From a virus, in IMG/VR virus record IMGVR_UViG_3300028608_000007, positions 96,001 through 160,000 of that record: 64,000 bases of DNA; one strand, written 5' to 3'. This document shows positions 63,450 through 64,000 of the stretch, piece by piece (within the stretch, counting starts at the first letter, position 1; every line of letters begins with the position of its first letter). The notes below the pieces were generated by a model. That model searched no databases and had not been told where the DNA came from. It was given only the letters and a program-made list of their open reading frames with translations. The translations under genes were made by a program, and so were the position numbers.

Positions 63450-64000
63450 TTAGGACTCTTCTTTCTTATAGACGAAGCGCATGCCCGCACATTCAAGGAT
63501 GTGGTTCACGAACACGTTGTTTCGACCGTTACCCACCGGGAACTCTTTCCGGTCGATAACTTCCTTGATGTCAGTAGGTTTCGGGGCTCGCATGATGTTT
63601 GCCAGGATTTCCTTACCGACTGTCGGGTTGTTGGACTGATCGATGATATCTGCCCAGACTTCGCCGCCACAGGTTGCCGCGCCCAGACGCACTTCTGCCT
63701 CACCAGTCATCCGCACAGGCTGAGCTGCACCCGGATAGCTGTTCTTGTCAGACTTGGTGATCTTGGCTGGGATGCCGTGGTGTTGCAGTTTCGCTGCCGA
63801 TACGCCAGACCAATCGCCACCGGTTTTCTCCAGGACGATGATGTAAGCGCTACCGATAAGTACGGGTTCGACCGTGGTAACCTCTTTACCGAGATAACCA
63901 ATGAACTTGACCGGACCGTACACAGGAGGGAATTCCTCCTTCAACTGCTCGACCATAGTCGGGTAGTCAACCGGGTTGTTGTTCGGCATCCACAGGTAGA
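63450..64000 (-). CDS. Non-virion RNA polymerase beta C-terminal fragment (phiKZ gp71-73-like), 3' end only
   Basis: QHHGIP and VRMTGEAEVR resemble the beta GQRFGEMEV region; the frame stays open to the right edge (..YLWMPNN). Confidence 0.85.
   Translation of the reverse strand, partial: YLWMPNNNPVDYPTMVEQLKEEFPPVYGPVKFIGYLGKEVTTVEPVLIGSAYIIVLEKTGGDWSGVSAAKLQHHGIPAKITKSDKNSYPGAAQPVRMTGEAEVRLGAATCGGEVWADIIDQSNNPTVGKEILANIMRAPKPTDIKEVIDRKEFPVGNGRNNVFVNHILECAGMRFVYKKEES

Noticed and set aside
1-64000. tRNAs, CRISPR arrays, integrases or transposases
   Set aside because: None recognised by eye; a tRNAscan or CRISPR scan was not run.
63450-64000. The ATG at 63989 as the start of a separate 179-aa gene, or an intron boundary
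   Set aside because: The frame is open to the window edge, so it is most simply the 3' part of the beta subunit; an intron further upstream cannot be assessed.

Overview
A 64-kb segment of a phiKZ-like (Chimalliviridae-type) jumbo myophage. A Pseudomonas-type host is inferred from the very host-like dCTP deaminase. Family and orthologue assignments come from motif recognition and recalled gene order, not database searches. From left to right: (i) 1-11.96 kb, a minus-strand accessory block with a PRPS-like + NAMPT-like pair (NARP1-type NAD+ reconstitution), a DUF4262-like protein, a SLOG/DprA-like protein, dcd with a ~50-aa insertion, a TAXI-like solute-binding protein and an apparently catalytically dead prohead-protease paralogue; (ii) 12.1-24.6 kb, a 16-gene paralogous tail-fibre/virion cluster; (iii) 24.6-44.1 kb, tmk, core virion, baseplate and inner-head genes and the exonuclease half of a split PolB; (iv) 44.2-53.4 kb, a second accessory block (methyltransferase, small membrane proteins, HslV-like Ntn hydrolase, macrodomain, candidate structured ncRNA); (v) 53.4-64 kb, core genes including a virion RNAP beta' fragment, an SF2 helicase and non-virion RNAP beta'/beta fragments. 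Four copies of a TATATTAC-like early promoter head the accessory operons. About 14 terminator hairpins are followed by a TATG(C) element, on both strands at convergent junctions. No tRNA, CRISPR array, integrase, transposase, intron or intein was recognised.
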